Assembly: GCA_964016885.1 (NCBI GenBank)
Contig: OZ024743.1
Coordinates: 108,624,001 to 108,688,000, forward strand
Origin: Eledone cirrhosa
Lineage: Eukaryota
Direction: 5' to 3'
Length of the DNA stretch: 64,000 bases
The notes beneath the pieces are model-generated. The model worked only from the letters and a program-made list of their open reading frames with translations, was not told the origin of the DNA and did not search any database. Positions 12,049-26,629 of this stretch are shown one piece after another (position 1 is the first letter of the stretch; the number at the start of each line of letters is the position of its first letter). A program made the position numbers and the translations under genes.

Positions 12049-14651
12049 AAATATATATATGTGTGTGTGTGTGTATGTATATATGTATATTGTTATAATC
12101 TATTAGGGCCAAAACTAATGATAATAAATTAATTTAGCTTTTCTCCGACTGTCAATTAATTCCACACAACACATCACCATATATCGAGAGTCTATTTCCA
12201 TACCAGGTAATGCTACCTTGAACATTAGTGTCAGGTTTTAGGCAACAGGCATGGCAAGGTATGAGTTAATATCGATTGTATGAGTATCGTCTTCTATATA
12301 AAACCATCAAATGGTAATAGATGACCAATAATCCATAAAGATTGACCGCCATTTTCTCCGTCCTTTCGATGCATTTCAACGCGTTCTCAGTTGTTGTTCG
12401 AAAAGAATATAAAAATTAAAAAAAATATAACGAAACTATGCAATCAGCTTCAATATTGAGATCACTGCTTAAGTATCATGCAGCGGTCTTTGAAATAATC
12501 AATATTGATGCTATCGTAAAATGCAATAGAAATAATATGTGAATCGTTTCCAAAAAGCAAATGACGCCAGACCGCCATTATTATAATTATTATTATTATT
12601 ATTGTTATTATTATTAGTATTATTATTAGCTTCGTCATTATTAATAATACAATTATTATTACATTGGTACTTTAACAAGTTTTTTTTTTCTTCTGCTGTC
12701 GATGTTTATTGCTTTTCCAAAGGAAAGATTTATGTTCAACATAAATCTACTAATGCAGGTTGCTTAATATCGGTTCGTTTTGAATTAACGACAAATGCTC
12801 AGTGTTTTAGGTGAAAAGCAAATGGAAATTTGCGTTGTTCATCCTTTTAAACTGATGCATGAGTAGCATATGTGTAATAATATTATTTAAACTAAAGAGA
12901 GAAGCTGTGTCATTGTTTCATAACGCTGCAGGCTAAGAACGTGTTGTAGAGGCGGAGGACAGGAATTTATGTTTCCTATAAATGTCAATTCACCAAGCAG
13001 AATCTGCCCTTTGAAATCGGTATCGCAAATGCTAGTGCTTAGAACAACCAGTAGGTTTTCAAGAAACACCATTTAAATAACTCCGTTTCATCTAAATTTT
13101 TCAAACTCGTACAGAACCAAAATGAACACTATTTAGATTAGTTACGGGTCTCACATTATTCACCTCGTCTCCGTTGTTTATGGTATTGCTGATATACAAT
13201 AAGTGATTACATAACTAGTAGTGTTCACATTTTGCTCTGAGCTGTGCAGTAATATATGCCGGCTTCAGATTAGCTTCATAGAGAGGCTTTGAGATAAATT
13301 TGAAATAGCATTCGCGAAATAGAATTCAATTTGTGATATATATAATTCAAACATCATGTTTAGCAACAAAAGAACATCATATATTGTTAGTTCTACACGT
13401 GTCCTTTTGAGATATAATCAAAGTCTTATATATATGGGCCATTAAGCTACCAAAATGACGGTTCGTATAGTGGCACCAAATTATTTAATCACCCTATTTG
13501 TTGGTGTTAAGAGAGAATAGCATATTGGTTTTGCTCATGAGATGCTTGGCTGAGATGTCGACTGGGTAGCCTATTGTAAACTCATTCGAAAACATTTAAT
13601 GATGTTGGTGACATACTCCATATTGATTATATATTAATGACACTAGCAGAAAAAAAACACCCTTCAGCCTGTTTTCTGCTAGCATGTGGAGTGTGCATAT
13701 TGATATTATACGCAAATATATATGCGTATGATAAGTCAAATAAAATCGTAATTGACAAAATGCACAGAAATTGAACGAAGTCTGTGTTACAATCTCTTCT
13801 GTAAACAGGAAAGTAATCCATGATACATTAAACAAAGACAATATTATATATAAACTGCATATAGATAAACTAAAATGTTATGAAAATTAAAACGGACAAA
13901 TTAGCGACGGATATTATAAACCTTATATAGCGATGCAAATATATGAACGTTTATATAAGCGATATAATATAGAGTCCATTATATTATAACCGAAAGTATT
14001 GACATTTGAACATTTTAAAAGAAGTGAATCTTGAAATAAGCAATACCATTATTTATATTCAATCATGAGTTACGAAATTTAGTACATAAATTATATAATA
14101 TTCATTCATTATTTATTCAAAGTAATGCAACTTATTTTACAAACGGTATAAAAAAACATATTCAGGACGCAGTCCCGCACTCCTCCCATTTTTATATTAT
14201 GATACAACATATGAAATTAGTTTCAGTAACGGACAGAAAGTGGAAGTGATTCAATTGTGCTTAATTAAGATAGTTTCGAAAATTATACATGTGATTTGAT
14301 CGTGAATTGGTCGAAACACAGCTTCTAAATGCTACAAAGTACAATGTTCTATTAAGAATATTAAACATTAATTATGAGGGAGGCACTCCCAATGAGTGTA
14401 AAGGTGTTTAAAAAATATCAGGACACCTAAATTGCTGGAGGGGTCCTTTAGCTCTCTTAGAATATTATATACTAACTATAACTTTAAAATAATTGTTCTA
14501 CTGTCATCAAGAAGTGCATAATTGGAATCCAGGAGATCCAGTGCATACACGTTACGAGTGTGGTCTATCTGAATGCAAGGGCATCTGCAAGCGCTATTTG
14601 CGAGTGAGGATTTCAAACCAGCCCACGCTCCCACACCTTCATTTCTTTTTT

Positions 14652-14652
<1 letters not shown>

Positions 14653-14736
<84 letters not shown>

Positions 14737-14787
14737 AGCAACAGCAACAACATCATCAACAACAACAAAAACAACAACAACAACAAC

Positions 14788-14840
<53 letters not shown>
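14653..14840. repeat. Compound (CTA)n(CAA)n(TAA)n microsatellite
   Basis: Direct inspection. Confidence 0.95.
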
Positions 14841-14842
<2 letters not shown>

Positions 14843-16111
14843 TCATGGTTATAATCAGTCATTAGAAAGGTACTTGCATACTAAAAATATTAACTCACTC
14901 TAATAAATCGAAAAGCACGGCGTATATTGCTTAGAAACAGATTTTGTGTCAATGGAAGATGTACGTATTTCTCTTATTGCTGCTCTGATTATTGTAGACT
15001 ATCACATATTCACGTTGAATATCCAAATCATTACAGATTTTTACGAATCGAGAATTTAATGTTATGAAATATTGTACTTTATTTTCGAAGGGTATGACAA
15101 AAAGCCTATGTGGCACATTCAAAAAGATAGATGAGATCGTAGGCTTCGAAACTAAACCTACTATAAACAACACATGTTCCCCGTCTCTCCTCATCTCTTT
15201 TTTTGTTTCTCACTCTCTTTCTCTGCTGGACTTTCAAATAAAACTCAAAGAGAAGTAATAGCTTAACCTAATTTTCTGAAGAAAAGCATCCTGCCTATTT
15301 ACGCTTTAGAGATCAAGATTAACAAACGGTAGTAGTATCTACTGCAAAATTAACCGAAGCACTAATATATAAATTATAACAAAGTGTGCAGGGAATAAAT
15401 CAATCAACAATAAGCGGTCCCAAACAGTGCAGAATGATAATGGCTACTCGCTTGTTCTTTCGTAGGTGCCAGGGTAGTCTAGTAATTTGAAAGCTCCCAA
15501 CAGCAACATTTGCTTTCTAAATTAGTGGCAATTTAGTTATAGAGATAACGGTGCAAGTTAAAGGAACTTCTGAGAAGAATTAAATATATAACTGGTCGAC
15601 TGCTGTAAGTGATGCATCGCCTATTTTAACAATATAGGTCGAACCATCTCCCGCCTACTCATCCTTTGAGGGGACAATTTCATAGTAATAGATCATAATT
15701 TAACAGTGATATAAAAAAGTACCTTACCCAACGCAGTATGGTTATCATAAAATGCTAGAGAGCGAAGAATCGCAAATCCGAGAATTAAATAGGTCATTCT
15801 TATTAAAACTTTGAAACGAACGATAAAGAATAGACGAAAATAGACAAACATTACTACACTAATTGTCTAATATAACTCAATATAACGTCCGCTTTACATA
15901 TCTGCTTATGTAATAACTATGTTCCATTTTAATCTATTCTTGATTAATCTTTTTTTTCTTTTTTTTTCTTTTCTATAGCCGAAGTATTGATGTATAACGT
16001 AAAGTAATAGAATATTATTTTGTTCACTATTCTCCTTTATATTTTAACTTTAATTGTCTTGATTTTATCATTCTCTATGGTATTTATCTACCTAGTTTTA
16101 TAATTCTCTTT

Positions 16112-16194
<83 letters not shown>

Positions 16195-16384
16195 ATTATA
16201 TATGAATGAAGCTTGATATCTTATAACATTCTCTTAAACTTTCTCTTACAGCGTATCAAAATACCAATGTGTGAAAATTGAAATGATTACTCGGACATTT
16301 TTCAAAATGATTATAGGTATGTATATCTTCAAGTACACACAATTACACACACAACACGCTCTCTCAAGCACAAACACACACACG

Positions 16385-16428
<44 letters not shown>

Positions 16429-16491
16429 CACGCACTCACACACACAGACACGTATATATATATGTATATACACACACTCACACACACATTT

Positions 16492-16555
<64 letters not shown>

Positions 16556-16724
16556 GTATTCTTATGAATGTACGTATAATTGTTGGTGTGCATTTCAGTT
16601 TTTATGTGATCTGCTGTATGTGTTTATGTATGAAAGTTTTAGTTGTTCTTTTAGCATTTACATTGGATTTTTACTTCTGTAAACACATTTTACAATATAA
16701 ACATTTTATATTGAATGGTTTATG

Positions 16725-16766
<42 letters not shown>

Positions 16767-18578
16767 GAAGATGCTGATATGACATAGAACAATATCGCTT
16801 AACTACATTATATACACCTAGATCATATACGTCAGATAATTGTCGATGTTTTACAATAAGTCAACACGAAGGTTAAAAACTGCAAATTATGAAGACATTT
16901 TTTTTGTCTTTTTCTACTTTAAACTATCATTTCAATATCTCCAGTTTTATCTGCCTAGTTAGGTTTATTTTTCTGAACGTTCCACATTATTTCATTATAG
17001 ATATTTTCCCAGTGGCAATATATATTGAAGACAGTAAAATTATTATAATTGAATGAACGATTCCTTTGGTGAATAATCTAGTCACTTTCTTGTTCTGACA
17101 ATATTATTAGAGCAAATTTGTAATAAAATGTTGTCGAAACGAATTATCAGTTCCGTTTCAAAGGCAATAATACTTTAATGAAAATTTTGTATTAAATTAA
17201 ACTAAGAAATGTAGCAATGTTTAGGATTGTCGTAGAAGTAGCATCTGTGATAACATTTTAATATAGGGCTCTAAATCCTAGCATCTCAAGAGATCACCTG
17301 CTAGAATTGTTATAACGTTACGGTACTTGAGTTTGCTTGTTGAGCTCTGTGTTCAAATTCCACCAAGATAGGGCTTGTTTTGCATTCTTCCTGGAGCGAT
17401 TACTTGTTCAGGACTCTCTTTTTAAGGCTGTCACGCCCTGGTTCTTCCATTCGATCATGAAGGAAAGGATCGAGAGCATGTGTTTGCCCGAGTCTACATT
17501 GGCTGCAGAAATACTTATTGACGTAATTCTATACGTTACCAAATAATCCTTATTTGTCAGTAATGGCTATAGTTTATTAGCATATAATAAAGCAATCTAT
17601 CAAGTATGAAGAAGCGTGAACATTTCTACTTAGTTTCCTTATTGCTAGAATTAGCACGTTTATTTGTTTTCATAAAGGGAGTGGCACGTTAGGAAATTTA
17701 TCTATACTTACAATAAATAATTGGAATGTTACTGCTCATCGCTCTGGTCAGTCAAATTTGATTTAAATCTAAACCGCAACAAAGACACAAACAACAAAGA
17801 TTCTTCAATGTATCTGTAAGGATGTCCCGCAACGAAACAAATAGGATTTGCCAGGCTCAAGGTAGTCACTTGAACTTGAAAATAAAACAGTCAAATCTGC
17901 AGGAAGATACCCCCCCCCAAAAAAAAACAACAACAACAACAACAACAACACAACAACAACAACCACTAATACAAAAAAGCTCATTGGAAACAGTAGACAT
18001 ACTTACATTAGTTCTGTAAAGTAAGATGGAATGGTTATGTCAAGAACTCCATTATATATAGGGCAGTTCTGCCAAAGTGGACATTAAGCCTTAAACACCA
18101 ACAAATACAACAATGATAACATAATCTATAGCCATAATTCTCAATATCTGTGTGAAAGTGTATGTTCACGTGATTTTATTTTCATCGATAAATATTCACT
18201 ATATTATATTATTATGGAGTGTATTTGTATTTCTGAACTCACTGCATGCTATCTATTTAAAAATGAATATAGTATATTAACCTAAATGGGTATATGAATG
18301 CATATTAATATTTATTTCAAGTTGAAGGTTATTCAATAACTTGACTGCTCAATTGTATTGTTACACAATAAAACATGTCGTATACATGTATAATAAATCT
18401 TGCCACATCTGAAATATTAGACTGAGAGACAAAGGAAGTGGTATTTTTCAAAAGTCACAGTATATTGTTCCATTCAAATTGTCTCTGTCTAACTTTTGTA
18501 GTTAGAAATCTATTCATCACAGAGGAATAACAAATGTATTTATGGCAACAAACGTAGGATATCATTATTAAAGTAAGG

Positions 18579-18751
18579 GCGGTGAATTGGCAGTATCGGT
18601 AGAGGGTTGGACGCCATGCTTTCTAGCATAGTTACAGTCTGAGTTCAAATCCCGTCGAGGTTAACTTTGCCTTTCATCCTTACGGTGTCGATAAAATAAA
18701 GTACCAGTAATGTACTGGGAAATTGCTGGCCTTGTGCCTAAAGTAGAAACA
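18579..18751 (+). mobile_element. tRNA-derived SINE, short variant, with a 15-bp TSD
   Basis: SINE consensus flanked by attattaaagtaagg at 18564-18578 and 18752-18766. Confidence 0.9.
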
Positions 18752-21091
18752 ATTATTAAAGTAAGGAGCCATCCGTCAATTCAACAATGAATGATCCAAT
18801 TTCAAGCTTAACGTGCAAATGCCTGAGTATTCCACTTAATGTAAACGTCGAGAAGTTTCAGCGTGTGAGCTGAAGTTTTGCAAGGAAGATATTTTTGCAA
18901 AGTGTTATTGAATTTGTCCATGCACACAATGAATTACTGGATTCGTTTCCTGCGGACATTCGTTGCTATCAATTCAGCTATCTTCATCAATGTATCATTG
19001 TCTCTATTCCTCGTATATATCGTCCATCTTACATACACTTTTCTAATAATTCAGAATACAACAAGAACAATATTGATTCATATGTTAAATTATTTTTTTT
19101 GTCTTAAATCAATTTTTTAAATGTGCATAAACCCTTTTACTGTTATGAAGAAAAGTATATATGTTGATGGTGCTTTGATTCCAACATGAAGAACAGATTA
19201 ATTACTTGATTCAATTACTATCACAGGAGAAAACAAAATGATTGTTATGTCTTATTAGAACATAATGTCAAGTTAAACTAACGTATGCAAGTCCTAATTT
19301 TGCATTAATTACATTTCAAACATTATAAAATCCTAAGTGGCGCTGCGTTAATACGTTAATTTACATGTATGTTTTTTTACAAAAAGTATTGTGTAACCAT
19401 TTTGTTTCCATTGCGCCGTTGTTTTAAATTGGCCAATTAGTAATATAAAATATGTAGACACAGATATGACTATTTAGAACAACAAACCTCGAAATACATT
19501 GGCTGTTTCCTATATTTGGTTTATGAAAGTTCAAAGGTATGACATTATCTCCACCTTATCTTAAATATGTAGATTATTTGAAACAAATTCTAAACAATCG
19601 ATAAGCAAAGTAAATATTTATTCCAACTATTAAAATATGTCCTTTAGAAAGTGTCACCGAATATTAAGCCGGATGATTTTCAGCTTATATACTGAAGGTC
19701 ATTTTCTTCATATACTTTTGTTGGAAAACAAAATATTTCACTGTAACAGCTCTTCCTTTTACCGACCCAATTGTCAACAATAACATAACAATAACACATG
19801 AACTATGATGTGAAACTATTAAGAAATTTATGAATAGCAGATGTTATCATTTTCTGAAGAATACTATATATTATTATTGTCCGTATATTAGTACTATACC
19901 GTTCCGCATTCCTCAGGCATTTCGTATCTAGGAATACGTTTTCCAATGTACATATCACTTTTGAAGACAGACAAGTGCTATTAGAGTAATGCTTCATGTT
20001 ATTTCTGTCAGATCGAGCAATCAAGTAGAGGATCACACTTTATCACGTTTCACTTTATTGTATGTCTAACGATCATTTATATAACTAGAATAATAATTGC
20101 ATTTAGTTGTTTGCACGACATATATTCACTTAGTATCTTATTCAGAATACGGTTTATTCCGCATTTAGTTAATACTACAGAGACAAAAAACATCTCATGT
20201 GTAAATGACGCTAGTAATATGCAAACAAGTTTAACTTTCTTTTGAGACTAACAGCTGACAATAACTATTAATAACTCTGTTGACATTACTCCCCAGCGAC
20301 CCACAAAAAATACAAAAAAAAACAAAACAAAAAAAAACAACATAAAATAGAACAACTAAACGAAGCTACACATCCATTGAATAAACATCGTGTCGCTTTG
20401 AGAACTTGTTAGCAACAACTAAACAAGTAATTAATTTATTTAGATTAATTTTTAAATAGGAAATATTTATGTCCATGAAAGAAGACATTTAAAGTTGGAA
20501 AGTCGTGCCCTCATTTATTGTTAAATTTGAATGTGGGAAATATATCTAAAGGTCTTTACAATATTAACGCCATTTCTCTTTATTCTCATTTCGATTTCCA
20601 TAAAAAACGTAATGCATAGAGATAACATTGTATGGCTAAATTGTTTCCATATGCATATATTTGTCCTCATCACAATTAATATTTCATCCATATCTGTATC
20701 TTTGAATATATACTAGTAAAGATGTAACTATTTCTGGCTGTAGTTATATACTACTTTATCGAAATGACATGATCTACGACATTTAAATACGTCCATTAAA
20801 TGGCAGAAAAATGGGAGGAAAAAAAAGAGGCAACGAAACAACAGCAGAAAAACAACAATAAAAAGCAAAGCAAAAAGGAATTTCTTGCCAAATTTCACAT
20901 GGAAGTATCGACAGTTAACAATTAACTTAGTTATATATGTTATTTATGAATGTCTGTTGGTCTGTCCTGTCTATACATATATATATGTACATAAAGGCAC
21001 ACGCAGACATACACGCACATATACATACAGAAACACACACATGTAAACACACAAACACACAAACAAACAAACACACACACACACACACACC

Positions 21092-21146
<55 letters not shown>

Positions 21147-21335
21147 GCATGCATACTCATATACCATTGACATTCACGGAAATGAATAATTAATACCATA
21201 GTAGAGTTTGTGAATGTGAACGAAGTTATATGTATATAACTATGCGTGAACCTCGAAGTAAAATATACAATGTCTTAATAAACATTAACATAAATAAACT
21301 CAATGTGATAAGACGTCTTGTTTCTCTCCTTTCAG

Positions 21336-21410
21336 GCACAGCTTACAATGACGCTAATGATGCCTGCGAACACATAAAGTTGGTGAAAGCTTCAACATTT
21401 TATTTGTTAC
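21336..21410 (+). CDS. Internal coding exon A (75 nt, phase 1/1) of an uncharacterised Cys-rich, C-terminally anchored protein
   Basis: Acceptor tttctctcctttcag and donor gtaagt. Reads (G)TAYNDANDACEHIKLVKASTFYLL and is in phase with exon B. Confidence 0.72.
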
Positions 21411-21769
21411 GTAAGTAATATTTCTTTTAAAAGCAAACATGACTGTATTTCGCCACATATAATCTCGTATTCTCTCATATATACCTTATATTTATGCTGA
21501 AAAAACGTATATATGCAAGCACCAATACAACCAAGCATCTCACTCTCTCTCTTTCTCCCCCCCTCTCCCTCTCTCTCTCTCTGTTATATATATATATATT
21601 TTTTTTTAGGCCTATATAAATCCTTATAGCACATATGTATTATTAGCATATATTAATATTTTCAACCAAAACATTCTTTCACCTAAAGCTGGATGTTCTG
21701 AAACTGAAATATACCAATTCCTGGTGACAGTTATAAATATTCCGAAAGGAATTACGTGCCAAAAATAGA

Positions 21770-22360
21770 AATACTTAGTGGAGAAGTTCAAGTATCTTGG
21801 GGCTAAATTAAGTGCAGGAAATGCAGGAGTTGGTACATTAATGCGCCAGTTTCAGCTTTCAGTAATAAGAAGAAGTAACCAGTAGGCGTCAAAGCGAAAA
21901 TCCCTCTCTTTAATTCGGTATTCGTGGTAAACATTACCTACGGTCACGACCCTTGGGCAATGACCGAAAGTATAGGATCGCTAATACAAGCAGCCGAAAT
22001 AGGTTTCCCTAGAAAGGTCCCTGGAGTTAGGTTACCCGATAGAGTGCGTAGCCAGGGACTAGAACTTCACTCCAGGAAGAGCCACTACTTCTCCAAATTG
22101 CGAGATCCCAGCAACGATACTATGGGCATATTTTTAGAATGTCTCACGAAAGTATCGCTGGAGAGATTTTACGGGCAAAAGCAGCTGACAGGAGACCCAA
22201 GCGCAGGCCCCGAGCAAGATGGTTGGATAACATCCATGAGCTTGGTTGGTCTCACTTGGGGATCCAGCCGGATCAGTTGGAGACGGTTGCTTCTGACAGG
22301 ACCCGCTGAAAGGAGTGCTTGAGGATTCTGACTCCATGACCCTCTCAGGAATAAGTGGGA
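21770..22360 (+). mobile_element. Decayed 3' portion of an RTE-clade LINE with an (AAG)n tail
   Basis: Frameshifted VEKFKYLG, ITYGHDPWAMTESIGSLIQAAEIGFPRKVPGVRLPDRVRS and RPRARWLDNI-type motifs, typical of RTE ORF ends. Followed by (AAG)n at 22360-22393. Confidence 0.8.
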
Positions 22361-22690
22361 GAAGAAGAAGAAGAAGAAGAAGAAGAAGAAGAAGGTGACG
22401 TGATGGTGGTGGTGGTAATACGTGAGAACTTTCAATTTTGTTACGACGAACTGTTTGCAAAGCGAAAAGAGATGTAATTACATCATTAATCAAAGCAGGA
22501 AGAATTAATTCTAGCTATGAAAACAACAATAGGCTAATTTTCTTTTTAAATTATATCATATATGGAAACATCTTCTGTAGAAGTGATAAGGTTAAACATA
22601 AATATACTAATGTTATTAACAATAATGGTGAACATAATAATAAAGATGGAAATAATAATAATAATAATATTAATAATAATAATAATAATA

Positions 22691-22820
22691 ATTGTTTCTA
22701 CTTTAGGCACAAAGCCAGCAATTAACCAGTACATTACTGGTACTTCATTTTATCGACCCCGTAAGGATGAAAGGCAAAGTTAACCTCGGCGGGAATTGAA
22801 CTCAGACTGTAAAGGGACGT
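22691..22820 (-). mobile_element. tRNA-derived SINE, short variant, 5'-truncated
   Basis: Reverse complement of the SINE consensus, in a (TAA)n context. Confidence 0.85.
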
Positions 22821-22834
22821 AATAATAATAATAA

Positions 22835-23325
22835 GTGGTATGAACATAATTCAGAGTCCGTGATATAAAACGATCAGGTGAAGGTGCTGTGGGATTTTAG
22901 GATACAGACGGACAAGAAACTGGAACACAATAGACATGATCTGGTTGTTTTGGACAAGGAAAAAAGATCGTGCCTGATTGTGGATGTGGCCTGCCCATTC
23001 GAACCGAATGTGCAAGAGAAGGAGAGGGAGAAAATTAACCGATACCAGGACTTAAAGTGGGAGGTAAAAAGGATTTGGAACTGCCATGAAGTCAAAGTGG
23101 TCCCAATTGTCATAGGCGCACTAGGTACTATCTCAACAAGTTTACAGGGATAGTTAAAGAAAATTGGCCCCGCCACACTTTTTGGAACGCTTCAAAAGGC
23201 ATGCTTTCTGGGAACAGCAAGAACTCTCCGATACGTCCTGAATATCTTAGGCTGCAGGTAGTTGCTTGATATTTATTTCAAAAAACTTTCCAGTTAACTA
23301 ACATCAATGACTGAGACTCAAAGAA
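22835..23325 (+). mobile_element. Third copy of the R4/Dong-like RLE 3' end
   Basis: ORF 22878..23153 reads KVLWDFRIQTDKKLEHNRHDLVVLDKEKRSCLIVDVACPF...EKINRYQDL. Preceded by (AAT)n and followed by a TAA-like tail. Confidence 0.85.
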
Positions 23326-23380
23326 CAGTAATAATAATCTTCATCATAATAATTTTTGATTTTTACGTATTTAAGACAAT

Positions 23381-23481
23381 TGTGATGCGTTGACACTTCT
23401 TGAGAGTGACGACTGCTATCTTATGTTTCATTTGAAACATAGGATAGCATCGTCACTCTCAAGAAGTGTCAACGCATCACA
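23381..23481. repeat. Near-perfect ~100-bp palindrome
   Basis: tgtgatgcgttgacacttcttgagagtgacga...tttca is mirrored by tgaaa...tcgtcactctcaagaagtgtcaacgcatcaca. Confidence 0.9.
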
Positions 23482-23921
23482 TTATGACATAGGGCTCCAA
23501 TATTTAATATTTAATTTTGGATCAGAAATGTTATAGTTCAAAAAGAACAACACGATCACCGCCGCCACCACCATCACCATCAGCATTACCATACAAAACA
23601 TCTAGCCTGCCAAACAAACAAACCAAAACCAACGGCTACATCACCACCTTCACTACAGTACTACTATCACATCACTACCACCACCACTGCATCATCATCG
23701 CTGCCGCCGCTATTCTCTCACCACCTCCTGTTAAGAGAGAGAGGGATGGTAGTAGTCCCACTAAACATGAATAGAAGAGAGGAAAGTATCAACATATATA
23801 AATAGACTGATTTGGTGACCCGGTCAACAGCAACAACAACAGCGCCAAATACATTATTGCTGTTGTACCTCTAAACTCTCTCAAAATGTTTAGTTTAAAC
23901 GATGTCAAATCTAAACTATAA

Positions 23922-24831
23922 TACGTGACTGACAGTAGGGAGCCAATGCTCAGATTTGTACTGAAGGAGAGGACAATAGACCAGGGGATGTCCAAGGAGG
24001 AAGAGCAACCTTCATGAAAAATCCCTTCATAGTACCTTCTTTGAGAAAACTGAATTTAGAAATCTACAGATAAGGAACTGGTTTAAAAGAGGAGACCTTA
24101 AAAAGGCTACAGAAGGAATGCTAATGGCTGCGCAAGAGCAGGCTCTCAAAACGAAGTGGGTGAAATACTATGTTTACAAGGAGGAGGCTAGCCCACTGTG
24201 CAGGATCTGTGGAGAGAGGAGACTGTGGCTCACATTGTATCCGAGTGTAAACACCTAGCCCAGACTCACTATAAAGGCTGGAGACATGATGCGATGAGCT
24301 GGGTGATCCACTGGCACCTATGCAAAGTAACCAATTTACCACATTCTGAGAAGGGATATGAGCTTAAGCCAGAGTCAGTGATAGAAAACGATCAGGTGAA
24401 GGTGCTGTGGGATTTTAGGATACAGACGGACAAGAAACTGGAAAACAATAGACGTGACCCGGTGGTTTTGGACAAGGAAAAAAGATCGTGCCTGATTGTA
24501 GATGTAGCCTGCCCATTCTAACCGAGAGTGCAATAGAAAGAGAGGGAGAAAAATAACCGACACCAGGACTTAAAGTGTGAGGTAAAAAGGATTTGGAACT
24601 GCCATGAAGTCAAAGTGGTCCCGATTGTCATAGGCGCACTAGGTACTATCTCAAAGAGTTTCCAAGGGTGGTTAAAGAAAATTAGTCCAGCCCCGCTTTT
24701 TGGAACACTTCAAAAAGGAACAGCAAGAACCCTCCGATACGTCCTGAATATCTATGTTTGCAGGTAGTGGCTTGATATTCATTTCAACAAACTTTCCAGT
24801 TAACTAATATCAATGACTGAGACTCAAAGAA
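23922..24831 (+). mobile_element. Fourth and longest copy of the R4/Dong-like RLE 3' end (CCHC finger plus RLE)
   Basis: Frameshifted LMAAQEQAL, CRICGE, ETVAHIVSECKHLAQTHYKGWRHD and WDFRIQTD...IVDVACPF motifs. Ends in an (AAT)n tail. Confidence 0.87.
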
Positions 24832-26505
24832 CAATAACAATAATAATAATAATAATTAGAACTAAGGATTAATGGAATGCTATTTTTGTCATACATAGGT
24901 ATGCGCTTGCAAATGAGCTGGCATGACCTATACGTATGCAAACATATTGAGCATGAACAACAAATATATATATACAACTGAATATAAAATGTATTTGTTC
25001 TTAACTACCACATCAGGATGAATGCCACCTGCATACTATTGTGATGTAGAATGTTAACTCTATGTAAACCTTACTAAATGTTTGACTATCGTCCTTACAC
25101 TATTAAATATATCATCTAAGGATATATGGTAGGTTTAATCCTAAACATTTTGAAAACCCAGCTACGATTATTGAATGGCTTAGGGATATATGACGGGCAG
25201 CGAGGGATACATGCCTATACGTTTTACGAGCTTATGGCTCTCACCGGGACAGTGAATCCCTCCCTCTACTCTGCTGGAACTTAATTACAGGCGAGAATAT
25301 AAAGTATTTTTGCCGGTGTATGTGGGTTGATTGGCCTCATTTGCTTATGAAGCTGTATACGTTGGTTCAATTTAAAAGTAGATATAAAATTATGCTTAAA
25401 CATAGCTGTACATATATATATATATATATGCGTGAATTCCATATATCTGAAGCCTAATGTATAAATCATTATTTAAAAAAAAGGCAGATCAGATGTGCAT
25501 CGGTATTTGTTCTGGCTAACTTTAATCTGCGTTCAAATCCAGCCTTGCAGCAATTAGCTATTACTTTTCATATTGTAAGGCAAAGTTGAGTTCGAATCCC
25601 ACCGAGGTCAACTTTGCCTTACATATTTCCCGGTTCTATGATACAAAGTACAATTTAAGTACTGGGTTCATATAATCGACATTCTTATTTCCAGGGTTTC
25701 TGAACTTCCACCGACATGCGAAATCACATTTATTATTATTAGTAGTAATTGTTCGGCCCTTGTCGCCTATAAAGAAATAATTAATATTATTAGTAGGAAA
25801 ATAAATTTAGTAATAATAACGGTGGTAATACGGCAAGTAGTTTCCGTCGTCGAAAATTATTTTAGTATCAACAGCCGATAGCATGCATGCCAAGCTAATG
25901 CAAGAAACTAAATTCAAGAAAATACAAAAAAACAAACAAACAGAATAGTCGAATACTCAACAGCTTCAACTGCGCCGACACCACAGCCTACCTCAAAGAC
26001 AACAACCACCAACAACATCAACAATCAAATAGGACAATGTTAATGCCAAATCAATAGTGTGTATGATTTATTGGTGCCTATGATTTTATCTGTGATTATA
26101 TGGTTAGAATTCCTCCATAAATTATAGATCCTATCTCCGAAACAGTTCACTCCTTCGAAACACTACATAGACTGGCATAGGTTCAAAATGTCCATTAAAT
26201 ATTACTGTGGTATTTATTAAGAGGGCGGCTGTTTTATATAACAATAACAACAGCAGCAACAACATAATCATTATCATCAACAGCAAAGACAGCAAGAATA
26301 ACATTATCGACAGTAGGAACAATAGCAGCTGCAAGAAAACCATCAACAACAACATCAAAAATATGAGCAACAAGAATAACATCAGCACCAACAACAATAA
26401 TAGCAATCATATTATCAGCAACAGAAACATTAGTTACAACAATAGTAGATGCAACGACAACAACAACAATTGATAACCTAAACATTGTGTTTTTTTATTG
26501 TTGCA

Positions 26506-26538
<33 letters not shown>

Positions 26539-26544
26539 TACTAT

Positions 26545-26617
26545 TTTCTTGTAGTCTCAGTTATTGATGTTATTTAACTGGAAAGATTGTTCAAATGAAC
26601 ATCAAGCAGCTACCTCT
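26545..26617 (-). mobile_element. Extreme 3' tail of the R4/Dong-like family
   Basis: agtctcagttattgatgttatttaactggaaag matches the 3' UTR of the other copies. Adjacent to (TTA)n. Confidence 0.7.
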
Positions 26618-26629
26618 ATTATAACATCT

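Noticed and set aside
12887-13072. Minus-strand 61-aa ORF in non-repetitive sequence
   Set aside because: No recognisable motif or convincing splice context, and the length is expected by chance.
14493-14640. Cys-containing ORF start (CHQEVH...CGLSECKGIC)
   Set aside because: Runs into a (CTA)n microsatellite, with no good splice sites or matching phase.
25205-25265. Minus-strand gagc-cataa-gctc hairpin followed by gtaaaacg, hammerhead-like
   Set aside because: Both conserved core boxes are broken, so it is too degenerate to call.
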